Assembly (NCBI RefSeq): GCF_026571515.1
Contig: NW_026862082.1
Span: 62,001 to 126,000 of the forward strand
Direction: 5' to 3'
DNA length: 64,000 nucleotides
Origin: Ruditapes philippinarum
Taxonomy: Eukaryota
Shown here: piece by piece, positions 13,756 to 28,029 of the stretch
Position numbering within the stretch: position 1 is the first letter of the stretch
Layout of the letters: each line of letters starts with the position of its first letter
The notes under the pieces: model-generated
Database searches by the model: none
What the model was told of the DNA's origin: nothing
Seen by the model: only the letters and a program-made list of their open reading frames with translations
Made by a program: the position numbers and the translations under genes

Positions 13756-16700
13756 ATAGCGTAGTTTATAACGTAAAATGAAAGAAAATTGGCAAAAAAT
13801 GCTAAAGCTAAGGAAATAGTTTGTTATATTCCCGAAAAGCAGAGTAAAGCAGGATTATCTAGGCCTGTTTGGCATATATCCTTTACTGGTTGTTGTGTTA
13901 TGATATATCAAAATATATTGAGCTCAAATTGTCTCTGGTTCATTTGAACACAACAGCACTGACCAGATCTCACAAACTGTAATAATTTGATTATTTTTTC
14001 TGACATACATTCGTTGCATGACCTTAAAACTACTACAATTTTATTATGATTGAAAACTATTTGAAAAGTTTTTAATGAAAAAATACAATTAATACGAAAT
14101 AATTACTTTATTCAGATTTGTAATTCGTATGTCATTTTGAAAACGATTCGTAATTTAAAGATATATACATAGATCCCTGACTTATTCTAATAATCAGATA
14201 AGTGAATACACATCGAATTTCTGCCCAACATATTTGTTAACAATAGAGCACCTGTCAATGTTTGTGGTAAATGTATTGTTATTCAAATAAAATGTTTGAG
14301 CAGGGATCTATCAATATAACAAGTGCTCAAAATTGAATATTTTCATATGCAATATGTTGTTAATTTTGGGGTTGTTATTACTTTTGCCCTTCGTTTGTTT
14401 TCCTTTGATTTTCATTTTTGTCCCTTTAAAATTTGTTAAAAGGTCTTAGCAGGGATCCTACAATGCAGAAATTCAAGATAACTGTATCTTATCAAATCCC
14501 ATTTATGTTTGAAATTGCCAACAAACAGAGAGTCTAAATTGATTATATGCCAAATGTTGCGTTTGAAAGAAATAGAAAACAATATTCACGCTCATTCATC
14601 TAATACAGTTTTGACCTACATTTTTGAGATATCCAACATTTCAAAATTGCATAATCGAACAGAAAACAGCTATGAAATACTTAATTATGGTAATATAAAA
14701 ATACAAAACTCATATAACACTTCTAACAAAGATTGTTTTAAAATTGGTTGGTCTACATTGAGCAAAAATTCAAATATTGATAAAAAAAAGTTATTAATCA
14801 TTTTCATATTCGTATAAAATGAAGGCTTGAAAAAATGTTGAAAGTGTTCTAGATGATTTAGCATGAACCTTTTTCTTTTGCTTTAATTTTCTTCAATTTT
14901 ATTTATATTTTCATTTTTTTTTTTTGAAATTTGTTTAAAGAATACCAACATCCGGAACCTTTGAAGCGGCATGCATCAATAATAATGCTATTTTTCATGA
15001 AAAATGTGACATGTATTAAAGGAATAGTGTGAAATGAAAACGAAATGAATTTATTTATAAACTTATTGCAAACAACGCTTGAATTCCACAAAAATATCTA
15101 ACTGTGTATGTCACTCAGTAGAAAAATGGTAATAAATACTGCAAAATTTGTTAAAATTATTCATAGCATGTACAAGTACATTATGACTTATTATCGAATA
15201 TTTTTATATCCTAAGATATTTGTACATTTTCATCAAATTTGATTTTTTAAACATATTTTGGCTCACCTCAAAGTTCGGAATTTTAACAACTATGTCCTTA
15301 TCTTTGAAGGCCATATTGTAAATAAGACAAGTATTTCTTAAAATGTTACTTTAATGAAATAAAGTTTTTATTATAACTATTATTATAAAAAGTAAATGAA
15401 GGCAGCTCTGATGTTTGCTTAAAGAAAAGAAATGAAATGGTTTCACACGACTTTCTCTTTGCTATTGAATATTTTTTCCTAACAATAACACAGTATACAT
15501 AGCTTAAATATGGCAAACAAGATCAACAAAGAAAATCTCGTAGCGACTTTGATTTCCTAAACTCATTTACTTGGCGTTAACATAGTTTTTCGTGCATGAA
15601 TCTGTCACAAATGTCATGTCTCGTTATGAACTGAACAATTACATTGGCAGACATAGTGTTAGTCGTAACAGACTTTTTGTGGAAATTGGCAAAACACTTG
15701 AAAACTTACTAAGCAAAACAATCCTTATGTCTGATACAAAAATCAGAAAAAAGGTTAACTTGTATTTCTGGCCCATATATGTATTAAACCATGATGCGCT
15801 GTTTTTGTGTAGCCTTCAAAATATAATGAAGAAACAACTTCGAAACTGAAGATTTCATTCTTAAGAGGAAAGAACCAGTGACATCACCAACGTTTTGTTA
15901 TGACAACGTATAGCTGACTTAATTATATTCCTTACTGTCATATTGCTAGGGAAGTCTAAGATTCATATATAAATAATTGCTTTATACAAAACATGGCACA
16001 AGGAATGAAATGAAATAAAAAATGTTGTTGCACTTTAACGGAAATGCACTCTGAATCATAAAATACGATTCATTTAATGAGTGTTCATGTTTCCATTTCG
16101 TCGTGCTTTTGCTCTACCTGTCGATATCTATTTTTTATATGTTATTATCATAAAATGTTTATGATAAATAAAATGTCATTTTAATATTCATTTATTTACA
16201 AAATAATCGTTAAACTTTAGTAACACATGTCATTTATATTTAATTTAAATACGATGTATGACAACATCAACAAATAATTTGGCTATTTTTACAAGAGTAA
16301 TTAGTCATAGGTTCGGATACTTCAAGAAGTGGGCAATGTTTTCATGTATTTGCTTCATTATGTAAGGAATTAATAATATAGGGAAGTCTTTATTACTTTT
16401 ACTATGTAACGATATGCGTGTGGTTTCATCTATTTCCTCAACATTTTTTTTCAACAAGGTTTTGCCAAATTATACTTTATAATTGTTTTTCGTCATTTAC
16501 ATGTATTATAAAAGGAATGTAAAGTTTGCAGAAGGGTTGATTATGTAATGCGCAATTTTCGGCAGTAGTTACGGAAAACCATGCTACGTGTACGAACGGT
16601 TTTTAAATATATTACTCAATACATGTGCATGTACAGTTTAATGTAAATTTGCGTCAATAATTCACGCTCCAGAATAAAATAAGGCTAATATAACATTTCT

Positions 16701-18657
16701 TTGTGATAAATACTGTGATGGGATTTTCACAGCATATGTACGCTTAGAAATGAAATACCTATCAACAAGGTCTTTCGTGTAAACATGTGAACCGTACAGT
16801 AAATTACGATATATGTCAAGAGTAATTTCATCACCACCTCCCTAAAATGATACAAAAATAAGATTTGTTTTTCCCGACATTTTCTGTCCTTCGTGGACGT
16901 AAACCAGTTATGTTTTAAATTTGCGTAAACCTAATTGTCAAATCATGCTTTTGATGGAGTAGTAATTCGACATGTATAAAATAAGATAATTTAAAAGAAA
17001 ACGAAGCTGCAGCAAAATTGTGGAAATTATTTAAGAATGCTTCCTGTAAAAGGATAATTTTAAATATGAACCATATCAATATATAGAAAACTTTTATTGA
17101 TATGTGGAGAAAATCAGGATCGGGAGCTAGTGTAATAAACGTATGTGCAACTGGGGTATTAAGCACCAGTTAAACTGGAATGTCGCCATGTGACCAATAA
17201 CAGCGTCTAAGTAAATGATGTGCCTACAATCGTAGTCCATTACATATACACAATAATCAGTAAAACCCGCAAGGGAATTGGGTTTATTTTTGTTAACTTT
17301 TCGAAAGCTTGGCGAAAAAACATCTGGGTTAAAAACTGTTTTCCCGTTTAAATATGGCCCACTTTTAATAACGGAGGTACTCTATTGATAGAAAAAACAG
17401 CTTTAATTTTAAATTTTAATAGGGGGAAATTTTGACAGGCTAAAATACCCAAAATTTGGAAAAGTAAACCCTTTTCTTTCAAAAATACTGTATTTAATGA
17501 AATTAATTTAAAAAAAAAGTAACAAAAAGCCAAAAAATTTTTTTTTACTATTTTTTTCCTACAAATTGTTTTTGTAAAGTTTTAGTAAATACATTTTAAA
17601 GGCAATTAAATTTGGTTTTGCGGCAGGTTTTTTTAGAAACAAAAAGACAAAAATTTTTCAAATTTAAAATTTAAATTTTGTAAAATGATGTAAAAAATTT
17701 CTGAAAAAAATTAATGGAATTAAACCATGTTTAAAATGCAGAAATTATAGAAAAAGGGGTTTAAATAAAATTTAAAAAGATAGTGATTTTAAAAAAATTT
17801 TTCTTTTTTTAAAGGGTTTTTTTGTGGAAGTGTATGATTTTAAATTAAAAACTTTGTTGATATTTTCATTTTGCGACTTTTATATAAATCCGTAGTTTTT
17901 ACTAGTATTTCCCCAAAATTTATAGAACCAATTTTTGGGAAAAAGGGAATTATTTAAAAAATTTAAACTCGCTTAAAAAATTTTTTAAAATTTTTCATAG
18001 CCCAAATGCAATTAACTCATTTGTTTGTAGTGTTAATAACAGTAAAAAAGAGTGTGCAAATATAAATATGTTGTAAAATTCAGTAGATCTTTCTGTTTGG
18101 ATGACCATTGGATTTTACTACTAAATACGGTGAAATATCAGATCAGTGTGCATTATTTACGTTCATAGAAAATAACTGTGAAAACTCGTGTTTATCTTCA
18201 TTGCAATATAACGGTTACTTCAAATAAATTTTATTTTAAAAGACATTTATCTTAAAGGTTTATTACAATTAGTTCTTCAAAGTACAGAGACATATACCAT
18301 TGCTTTAAATTTAATAAATTGATATTTATGAGAGCAAACTATTGCAAAATTCAATTTATTGCAAATTATTTTGTCTTCTATTTGTTTTTGCTATTCACTT
18401 TCTTTATTTTCGATTCAATACCGTGAGTTTTTTCAGTGATATAAAATGTTATTTTCTTATTCGATACGTGTGGGTTTTTGAAATTGCAATGGAACTAAAC
18501 GTTATAGTTTGGCAACATGCCAAACTATTCATTTAAAGTGTGTTTGAAACAATATTTAAATTTATTAATTATATAAACTATTGCCATTTGTCCTTTCACT
18601 GTTTTCAGCTTGTTCTTACATGAAACAGTTAACGTGATACAAATTTTCAGTTTTGAC

Positions 18658-19010
18658 CTTTTATTACATGTTTTTCGATGGTTTATAGAAATATATCAGT
18701 GAATTAAAACTGATAATTTCACTGTTTTGAAACAGTGAAATTACCACTTTGATAATTTCACTGTTTTGAATTTAAGCCCCTTACGTTGTTTCAGTGAAAT
18801 ACCAGCGTGCACAGTACTGGGTACCAACTTAATGACGTAACGTCGTAAATGACGTCACGTTGTATTATTATTTGGCGCACTTTTCATTCAGTATTAGTTA
18901 TAATAATGTCTTTTTAAAACGTTTCTTTGCATGTAATAAAAAGATAATTTGTTTAGTTTAGTGTAAGATCGAAATATATTTCACCTTGTGAACACCAAAA
19001 GTTCATATAT
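18658..19010. mobile_element. Small inverted-repeat-rich insertion (non-autonomous DNA element) interrupting a module A copy
   Basis: Absent from the paralogous position (~12870-12920). Inverted pair TTTTATTACATG (~18659) / CATGTAATAAAA (~18930), plus the internal palindrome ATAATTTCACTGTTTTGAAACAGTGAAATTA. Confidence 0.65.
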
Positions 19011-22000
19011 ATATATGCGATCATCAACGGGACCCTGCTGTGGTGTTATGTCATATAACTGTCAGAGATAATTATTTCTCTGTCCTTTATACTGCAATAT
19101 GTCTGGGATTCCTACAGATATTTAAGCAACACAGAAAAAATGGAATGTTGGTAAAAAAAAACGCTGAAAAAAATCAAAAGTGTAAATTTCATAAAACAAA
19201 ATTTTTAAATTTTTAAAAAAAATACCTTTTTTAAAAATAAAGAAAAAGTCCACCTGAAAACTAAAATGGGTAAAACTCCCCAAACCCCTGTTTAAAATGG
19301 GAGTTAAAACTCACTTAAAATAACAGGTTTTTTTTGGCAGAAATTAAATTTTTTAAAATTTTCCGGGCCCCTTTTTAAAAAAATTAAAATTAAAAAATTT
19401 TCCTGTATTTTTTTTTCTTTGCCCGGGCTTTTTAAACTTTTTTTTTAAATACAATTTTAAAATTTTAATTTGGGGACTTGAGCAATTTGTGACGTTTTTA
19501 ATATTTTTTTAAAATAAATTTTATCAATTTTAATTCAAAAACGTTTTTTTAATGTTTTTTTTTGCTTAAAAATTTCCCCCAATCGGCAAAAAAAAAAAAA
19601 AATTTGCCTTTTTAAAGAAGGTTTGTATTTTTAAATAATTTTAATTTATTTTTTAATTGGCCCCCTTAAAACCCTTTTTTTTTGCAAAAAAAAAATATCA
19701 AAAACCCCCCACCCTTAAAGGGGTTGTTACCCGCTAAAACAAAAATATATATGTCTTGCAATTTTTGAATCACTTGAACCCAAAAAAGATTTTGAAAATT
19801 CGGGCTGATCGACATTTTCGATTGAAAGGAGTTAAAAAAAAACTACCTGTTTTTTTGAAAAATTTAAATGATAAGTTATAAAGCATTCGTTGATATGACT
19901 GCCTTACACTTCATTAAAAAAAATCCTCCAACAATTTGAATGTATTCATGATTGTCATCAATTAAAACTAATTCTTGCTTACAATAAAAATAATTTTACA
20001 AATTACCTCGGCATATGGATCAATTTGCAGTTTTGTCCGGATACAGATCACATAAAAAAAACTTTAAAAGAGGATAAAGGATTTTACTTAAAAAATCCAT
20101 TGCTGAATAAAAAATGATAGCTCTTTACCAACATAAATATAAATCCTACAAATAACTTTAGAAAGGCCTGAGGAAAATGTACTTTTTCGAACATTATCAG
20201 TGTGATTAACGATGTATGATTCTAAGCAATTAATCACCACATTTCTACAATAAATGAAAGGTCTTGCCAAGCAAATTGTGCATACTTTCGGCATATCTTG
20301 TATAAGAAAAGTAAACATTTTTCGGGAAATGGAGATCTAACTTTGATCCTTTTTTATTCGTCTTACTAGCGTTTACATAGTTTTTCGCGCATGAATCTGT
20401 CAAAAGTGTCATGTCTCATTATGTATTGACGAATTACATTGGCAGACATAGGGTAATTTATAACGCAAAATGAAAGAAAATTGGCAAAATAATGCTAAAG
20501 CTTAGGATGTAGTTTGTTATATTCCAGAAAAGGAGGATTATCTAGGGCTGTTTGGAATACATCCTTTACTCGTTGATGTTTAATGATATATCAAAACTAT
20601 ATTAAGCTAAAACTGCCTCTGATTCATTGAAACGACAGCACTGACTACATCTAACAAATGGTTGTATGACCTTAAAATATAATTATTACCATTTTGTACA
20701 TTTTATGACGATGTAAAACAATTTGAAAAGTTTTTAATGTAAAAACTTCTATTGATACAAAGTTATTTTATTCAACTTTGGATTTCTTTAATTTCAATTC
20801 AATTCAATTCAAGAAACATGTAAAATTGTAATTGTTATAGCTATATTGAAACGTTCCTAAGAATGATCAAATATGACAAGTGATAAAAAACTGAATATTG
20901 GCATGCGCGTTAAGAGGTTAATTATTTTGAGTTGTTATTATTACCTTACGTTTGTTTTGTTTTCCTTTTTTCTTTCTTTTCTGTTAAAAGATTTAACTGG
21001 TGAGTCCTGCAATGAAACACTTTAAGATAACTGTATCTTATGAAAACCTATTTGTGTTTTGAAATTGCCAACAAATACAGAGTATAAATGGTTATATGCC
21101 AAATCCTGCGTTTGAAGGAAATTGAAAACAATATTCGCGTTCATTCATCTAATATAGTTATGACCTACATTTGTTGAATATGTAGCATTTCAAAATTGCA
21201 TAATCGAACATAAACAGCTATGAAATACTTTATTATGGTAATATAAAAATATGAAAAAGATATTACGCTTCCAAAGAGGCTTATCTGCAAAAAGTACTTT
21301 ATCTTAAAGTTGATTGGTCTACAACAGGCACATTTTCGAAAAACAATCAAATATCAAAAAGTATTGAAAATTAGCATGTTCATATTCTTATAAAATTTTG
21401 CCTGAAAAAATTGAAAATGTTCTAAATGATTTAGTATGAACACTCAGAGGACGAAAAAAAATATTTTTGTCCATTTATCCATTGTTTATGTCTAAGAAAA
21501 GTAAGATTTATGAATACTATGAAAGTCTTTGTTCTCTTCCATGTATATCACATATTTCTTATTTTTACTCTATTTGGAGTCGATAAAAATGATAAAATCA
21601 ACTTATTTACATAATTTACATATATTCTAATAATGAAAGTTTAGATATTTTAAATGATATAGTGTCTTTGAATAATAATATTCTTCAACACTGACGTTAG
21701 TAAAATATTACTGAAATTGAAATAGATAAATCGGGTAATGAAAATGTTACAGTTATAAAAATGTTAGCATGGTAAAATTATCACAAACAATTAGTTCTTT
21801 AACTTTGATGTTAAATCTTTCAGAAAAGTGTATGTAACATTGAAAATATCATAAAAGAAAACACATAGCTACTAATGACTGAGGTTTGCTCCTAGAAATG
21901 AAATGGTTTCACAAGACATTTTTCTTTGCTAGTGAATATATGTTCGTAACAAGAACACACAGTATATATAGCTTAAAATATCGTAGCGACTTTGATTTCC

Positions 22001-25000
22001 CCGACTCATCTACTTGGCGTTAACATAGTTTTTCGTGCATGAATCTGTCACAAATGTCATGTCTCGTTATGAACTGAAGAATTACATTGGCAGACAGAGT
22101 GTAAGTCGTAACAGTCTTCTTGTGGAAATTGGCAAACACTCTTGAAAACTCACTAAGCAAAACAATCCCAATATCTATACAAAACTTAGAAGTAAAAGGT
22201 TAATATGTATCTCTGACATATATATGTATTAAAATTAACCATGCGCTGTTTTTGTGTAGCCTTCAAGACTGAAGATCTGTTTTAGAAGAGGAAACAACTA
22301 GTGGGATCTTCAACGCTTTTTGTTACAATGTATAGCTATATAGCTATACAATTTAACCATGTCTTTCTGGTAAATTGCAATTTTGTTTAGGATTCATGAA
22401 TATGTTTAAATGTTAAATATATATGAACATGGAATGATAAACGCATCAATGAAATATAACTATTTAAGAATTTAACAGACCCTTAACGTATAATTAATGT
22501 TAGGACATTACATGATCCTATTCCGCTGTGCTGTTACTCTACCTGTCCATCGTCACATTTATATCTTATAAGCATTATACGTTTATAATATTATTTTCAA
22601 AAATAAATGTAAATGTAATCGTTATTAATCGTTGACTTTAGTATGTCATATACATTTAAATTAAAAACGATATGTGTCAGTAAATTATTTGCCCATGTAT
22701 CTACAAAGGCCATTTTCCTAGGTTTGCAATATAGTGTTAAATAGTTCTGATACTTCCCTTAGCGACTTTTTTTCATTCATTTGCTTCATCTGTTACGAAT
22801 TAATAATATGAAAGTCTTTATTACTTTCACTATGTAACGATATCCGTGTGATTTTTGTCTATTTCCTCAACATTAACAAAAGGGCAACGCTCTACTACCG
22901 TTAACATAGTGTTTCGCGCATGAATCCGTCACAGGCGTCCAGTTTCATTATAAATTGACGAGTTCATAACAGAAGAAGAAATTGGCAACAAGCATCACAA
23001 CTAAGAAACACACTTCAATTTCAGTACTCTTAATTGGTAATTTAGATTACAAACATGGTAAAAACATGACAATTTATCTAAAATATTAACAATTTGTTGG
23101 TAAAATCATATATTAATTAGCTACTTATCAATATAAGGTTAATGAGCATTATATCACGGGGACAGAATAATAAATACATTTAATAACAATGTTTATGTTA
23201 TCCGTCAAATGGAAAAACGAAACAAACTTTGTATGCTAGAACATACATCTCTACTGTCTTTCCTAATCATTTAATTGTGATACATACTAAAAACTGATAC
23301 AATAGTTAAGTATTACTTTGCGCTATAATGATACACGTTACGGCTTTTTAATAAACGTAGATCGCTTATATTAATAAGTTAATTAAAACTAAAACGAAGC
23401 AGAAGTACAAATACTGAGTAATTCAGAAGCAATTGTGGAAATTATTTTAGAAAGAAACTTATATCTAATTATTAAAAATATGTCTTAGGCTAATTAAAAT
23501 AGAAGTCTTTATGTCTTTTATTGATATGTGGAAACAAACAGGATCTGGAGCTAGTATAATATACGGACAGACAACTTGGATATTCCTACACCAGTAAGGT
23601 TTGAATGTCGCAATATCGTCTGAAATACTTACATGTAACTAAAACGTAAATAATCTCCCCACAATCGTATTCCATTACATATACGCATATCAGATATCCG
23701 CAAGCAATTAGCGTTTATTCTATTACTACGACGCTTGGTGACATAACATCTGCTAAAGCTGTTTTCAGTTTATTAACATTAATTCTAATGTAACGGAAGT
23801 ACTTTATGGTGAGGAAACAGTTAAATGAATGGCCAAAGCGACAGTGCTAAGACTACCAAATTGAATATTATCATATCTCTTTATCTTAGTGAAATTTCAA
23901 TTTTTTTCAATTAATCTTTAAGGAGATTTACTCAACTATGAAAATCAATGTTCACGTTGAATATATGCGATCGCTATTTGCCAAGTAATTAAATTGATGT
24001 CTAGAAATTCATTTTTAATAGAACGCTGGATTCGATTGTTCAAATTAAGCATTGTTCACCAAATCGATGAAAATACTAGTTTATGAAAGCGTAAACCATG
24101 CTACTAGTGCGAAAAAGTATAGGAATATGAAATAATTGAATAGTTTGTAGATGACAAAATATTTGTTCATTCTTTGTTGTGGAAGTTTATGATCGTTAAA
24201 ACTGTACAAATATTGTTTATCGCCTAGTATAGTCCGTTGTCGTTAATGTATATATTATTCAAATTGATAGATCATTTTAAACATATTGGCAATAAATCAA
24301 ACTAGATCAATATTTTTTTATTGCATAGCCAAGTCCAACGAACTCATTTTTATAGTGATAATTACGGTAAAAAGGGTGTGCATTATAAATATGTTGTGCA
24401 CTTGAATAGATACTTCCGTTTGCATGACGATTGTTTCTTAAAATAATCTGAGCTGAAATGAAAAATGTTTCCCCCTTCAGATGATTTCTTTCACTGTATT
24501 ATTTATTGTTTATGTATCTGCTTTATTGCTACAGAGAGGTCGGGGAACAGTTTGCCAGACGGGATTGACTCTGGAGTATTACATTTACATCTTTGTTTTT
24601 AAAATGTTTTGTAAAATTACTTATTTAAATTGTTGTCATTATTTCTCATATAAAATGCAAATAATACTAAACATATCGACATACATTACATTTCAACGTT
24701 CAAAATTTTAACAACAAACAAATGTTTTCTTCAGAAAACGCATTTAATTTATACGAATGAAGCCTGTTTTTTTTCTGAACACTACACGTGGCGTGATTTT
24801 AGGCCAACTCTATTTTCGTATTTATTCATCTTTATCATAAACTAGATCTTTTTAGCAGAGAAAACAATAATTGGGATCATCATCGCTATGTCGTTATAAC
24901 ATATAGCTGTCAAACTTAATTATATGTTTTTCTTTTATACTGTAATTTTGTCTAACCTTCCTATATAATAATTGCAAAGTATGATACAATAAAATGGGGA

Positions 25001-28000
25001 ACACGGCAATGAAATTTGACTGTTTTTGGCATTGTTATAGACACGCTTTCCTGTCTGTAAACATGTTTCATTTTATATATTTTCGGTCATATCAGGGATC
25101 GTGTTACGTCGAACAATTTGCTTTTTCTGTCGATCTTTACTTTACTTAAATATATAAAACAATTGTCGACACGTTTCTTATTTCAATATTTATACTTTGT
25201 CATACATCAAATCCTTACATATGAGAGGCAATTGATTTTTATTTTAATTGACAGAAAAAAAAGACGTGTGACCGCTTCGTCGGGGATCCGATTATGTGAC
25301 TCAACGCGTATCGAATAGAGCGTTATTAAAGTGTACGTCGTGAGTTCGAAACTGGAAAAGGTGGTTCTCCCCGATAAATTTGCATTAGGTGTAACAATTG
25401 CAAAATGTTGGTAAAGACTTCATAATAACAGTGAGTTTCATACAATGGTCGTGTGATTACAGTGGTTGTGTGATTATCATGATTTCAGAACAAGAACAAG
25501 GTCTACTTGCATGGCTGGCGTTTACACAGTGTTTCGAGCATGAATCTGTCATCTGAATCAAGTCTCATTATAAATTGATGCTTTTCTTCTGCAGACCGAG
25601 TGCAATCAGAATAGAAGATGAAAATAAATTGTCATGACGCGCCAAAACTTGGAAACTTGGTTTGCAATACGCACTCTGTTTTTAACGCCAGTGTTTTTAC
25701 ATAATGTTGTACCTTCTTTTTCTAAACTTTGCAAAAGCCATAGACTTAAACACAAGCAGGTCAGTATTTATTCGTATATTTTATATCTTTAAAATAATAA
25801 TGTTAAAAAATGATTTGTCGCATATTATCTCAATATGTCGTCATTTTAGAATCAGAGAATGCGACAATGCGATATCTCCATTTATGTTTGATTGATCACT
25901 TGACTGTTTAATTTGTGTTATTGTCATGGATTGTGTGTAATTAACTGTATAATAATGCTTCATTTTTTCTTCAGTGTACAAATATATCTAGAGAAGAATC
26001 GATTAGATAAACATCAACTGATACTCTCATAATTTTAAATTGCTAAACTTAATGTCTGCTCAATATGAACAATGTCCTTCAATTTATAAATGATGACTTT
26101 TTTAAGTTTAGGCTAAATTGTGTCTCTTATGAAATACCCAATATGAGCACAAATTTTAAGGACTTAAGTGAATGAAAATATGCATCATCTACAAGACAAT
26201 GAGAGTATCTGATTCTTGTATGTTGTCGAAAACCTTAATCATTCATATAAAATCATTCGTATCCCGAAATGTAAATTTAAAAATTAATTATTTGATCTTA
26301 TCCAACCTAAAAAATAACAAAATACCTACTGCATATCTTATACTTAAACTAATAAACATGTTACAGTCAACAGTCCGATATAACTGTGCGCTTTTATATT
26401 TTTTATATAAAGCACATAAAAAATACGTAAATTTGACGTAACAAAAATCTAATTATAAAACGTGTCTTAAATGGACGTTATTTTATTTCTCGCTATAGGT
26501 TACATGATATATGTTCCCGCCTGTTGTACTGTCTTGACATTTATGTTTGTATGAAGATTAACAAACCATTAAAGAACTTTTTTATCTTAAATATCTTTGT
26601 AATATTTAAATATGTGTTTCAGACGATGTTCGGCAAGCAAATCAGATGGTTGTAATTGTGTATTCAAAGTATTGAAGACATGATTTTCTTTTCATTTTCT
26701 TAATTGTACAGTAATGGTGACAAACGTTTTGTAAATGCATATAATTGTTGTAACTAATATTATTATTACTATTATTATTATTATTACATTATTATTATTA
26801 CAATTATTATTATTTCATTTTTTTGGTACACGTCTTAAGTTTTTTGATAGGTCATCCTATAATGCTTGATTTGCAAAAGACAAATCGGCCTTAGATTTTC
26901 AGTGTTGACCCGTAACTAACGTTATTGTATGATTTTCATTTGTAAGGTATTGTTCATATGCAGAAATTTGAATGATTACGTGTACACGTTTGTTTTTTTA
27001 TGTTTCTTAGGTTTGCTTAGGAGTGTTTACTAAAGGCCAAACATGGCAAGACTTATATATTATACTCAAGAAAGATTAGTTTGAAATGAAATACCTACAG
27101 AAGACTACCGAACTTGTAAACCTTAGTTACAGTAATTACAATAAATGTCAAGAGTAATTCAATAATCACCTTAATAACTTGGAACAAAGTTGACAAAATG
27201 ACTTCTTTCCGTTTATTGGCTATATATACGGGTTATTTTCCAACTTTTGCGTAACCATAATGGACAGGTTACACCTTAAATTGATTAGTATTTAAACACT
27301 ATTTTTTTTAAATAATGAGACAACGAAGCAAATTTAGAAAACTGTGTTATTCAGGAAATATTGTGTGAGTTAATCAATTCACCAAGACCAGCAACGATTG
27401 TTCGCTGTTGTTGATATAGCTACCTTAATGATGCTTGCATATTGGATTTATACTTGAGTCAATGTAAACAGAGTTCTTAATATTTTTTTTTTATTTTACA
27501 TATTTTTACAATAATACGATTTTATTGAATTTCTTGATTTTTTCATGTTAAGAAACTAGGAAACAGAGTCATTGAAGCGACCCTGTTTAGTTGTTAAATC
27601 AACGTATAACTATCAAATATAACTATTTCGTTTTCTTTTCTTATGGAACAGCTATCAAGGAATTATTTAATAAACTGAGATAAAAGAAGGCTAAATGAAA
27701 TAAAAGGCAATGTAATATACATTCAAAGGGGGTTTGGTGTAAGATAATTTTGATTGATTTGTTGCAAAACTCTTGAAAACAACTCTGAAAATATGTTTTT
27801 GATTGTGTGTTTGTTTTGTTTTATGGCGTTCAAACACAGTTTATGTCATATGGCACCGAAACAGAAAATATGATTTTAGCTAACATCGGGTGTAACAAAC
27901 TTAAAGTCACACCGGGGCTCAAAACCATCTTGTTATTTTGTTGTGATTAATGCTTCCGAGGGATCACTTTGTTTCCGAAATTTTTACTTTCTGCAGGTGT

Positions 28001-28029
28001 AACCCTAAAATTGTATACAGTAAATAATG

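Larger units (their letters stand above)
12470..24433 (+). repeat. Head-to-tail tandem duplication with ~6 kb units (about 12470-18110 and 18160-24433)
   Basis: Colinear anchors: GTTCATAAAAAA/GTTCATAGAAAA (12472/18161), TTGTGCATACTTTCGGCATATCTTGTATAAGAAAAG (13585/20276), GAAATTGCCAACAAA (14511/21061), CGTAGCGACTTTGATTTCC (15539/21982), TCCATTACATATAC (17237/23671), TTTGGATGACCATTG/TTTGCATGACGATTG (18097/24419). Confidence 0.88.

Noticed and set aside
13673-13757. Minus-strand small ORF in module B (MSANVIRQCITRHDTCDRFMREKLCKRR*), also open in the 15573 and 20368 copies
   Set aside because: Differences between copies are non-synonymous (C>Y, T>M, C>F), stop positions differ, and the ATG is lost in the 22016 copy. 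There is no sign of protein-level selection.
25262-25370. CpG-rich patch with a B-box-like GAGTTCGAAAC
   Set aside because: No clear A box, tail or second copy. Too degenerate to call as a SINE or tRNA.
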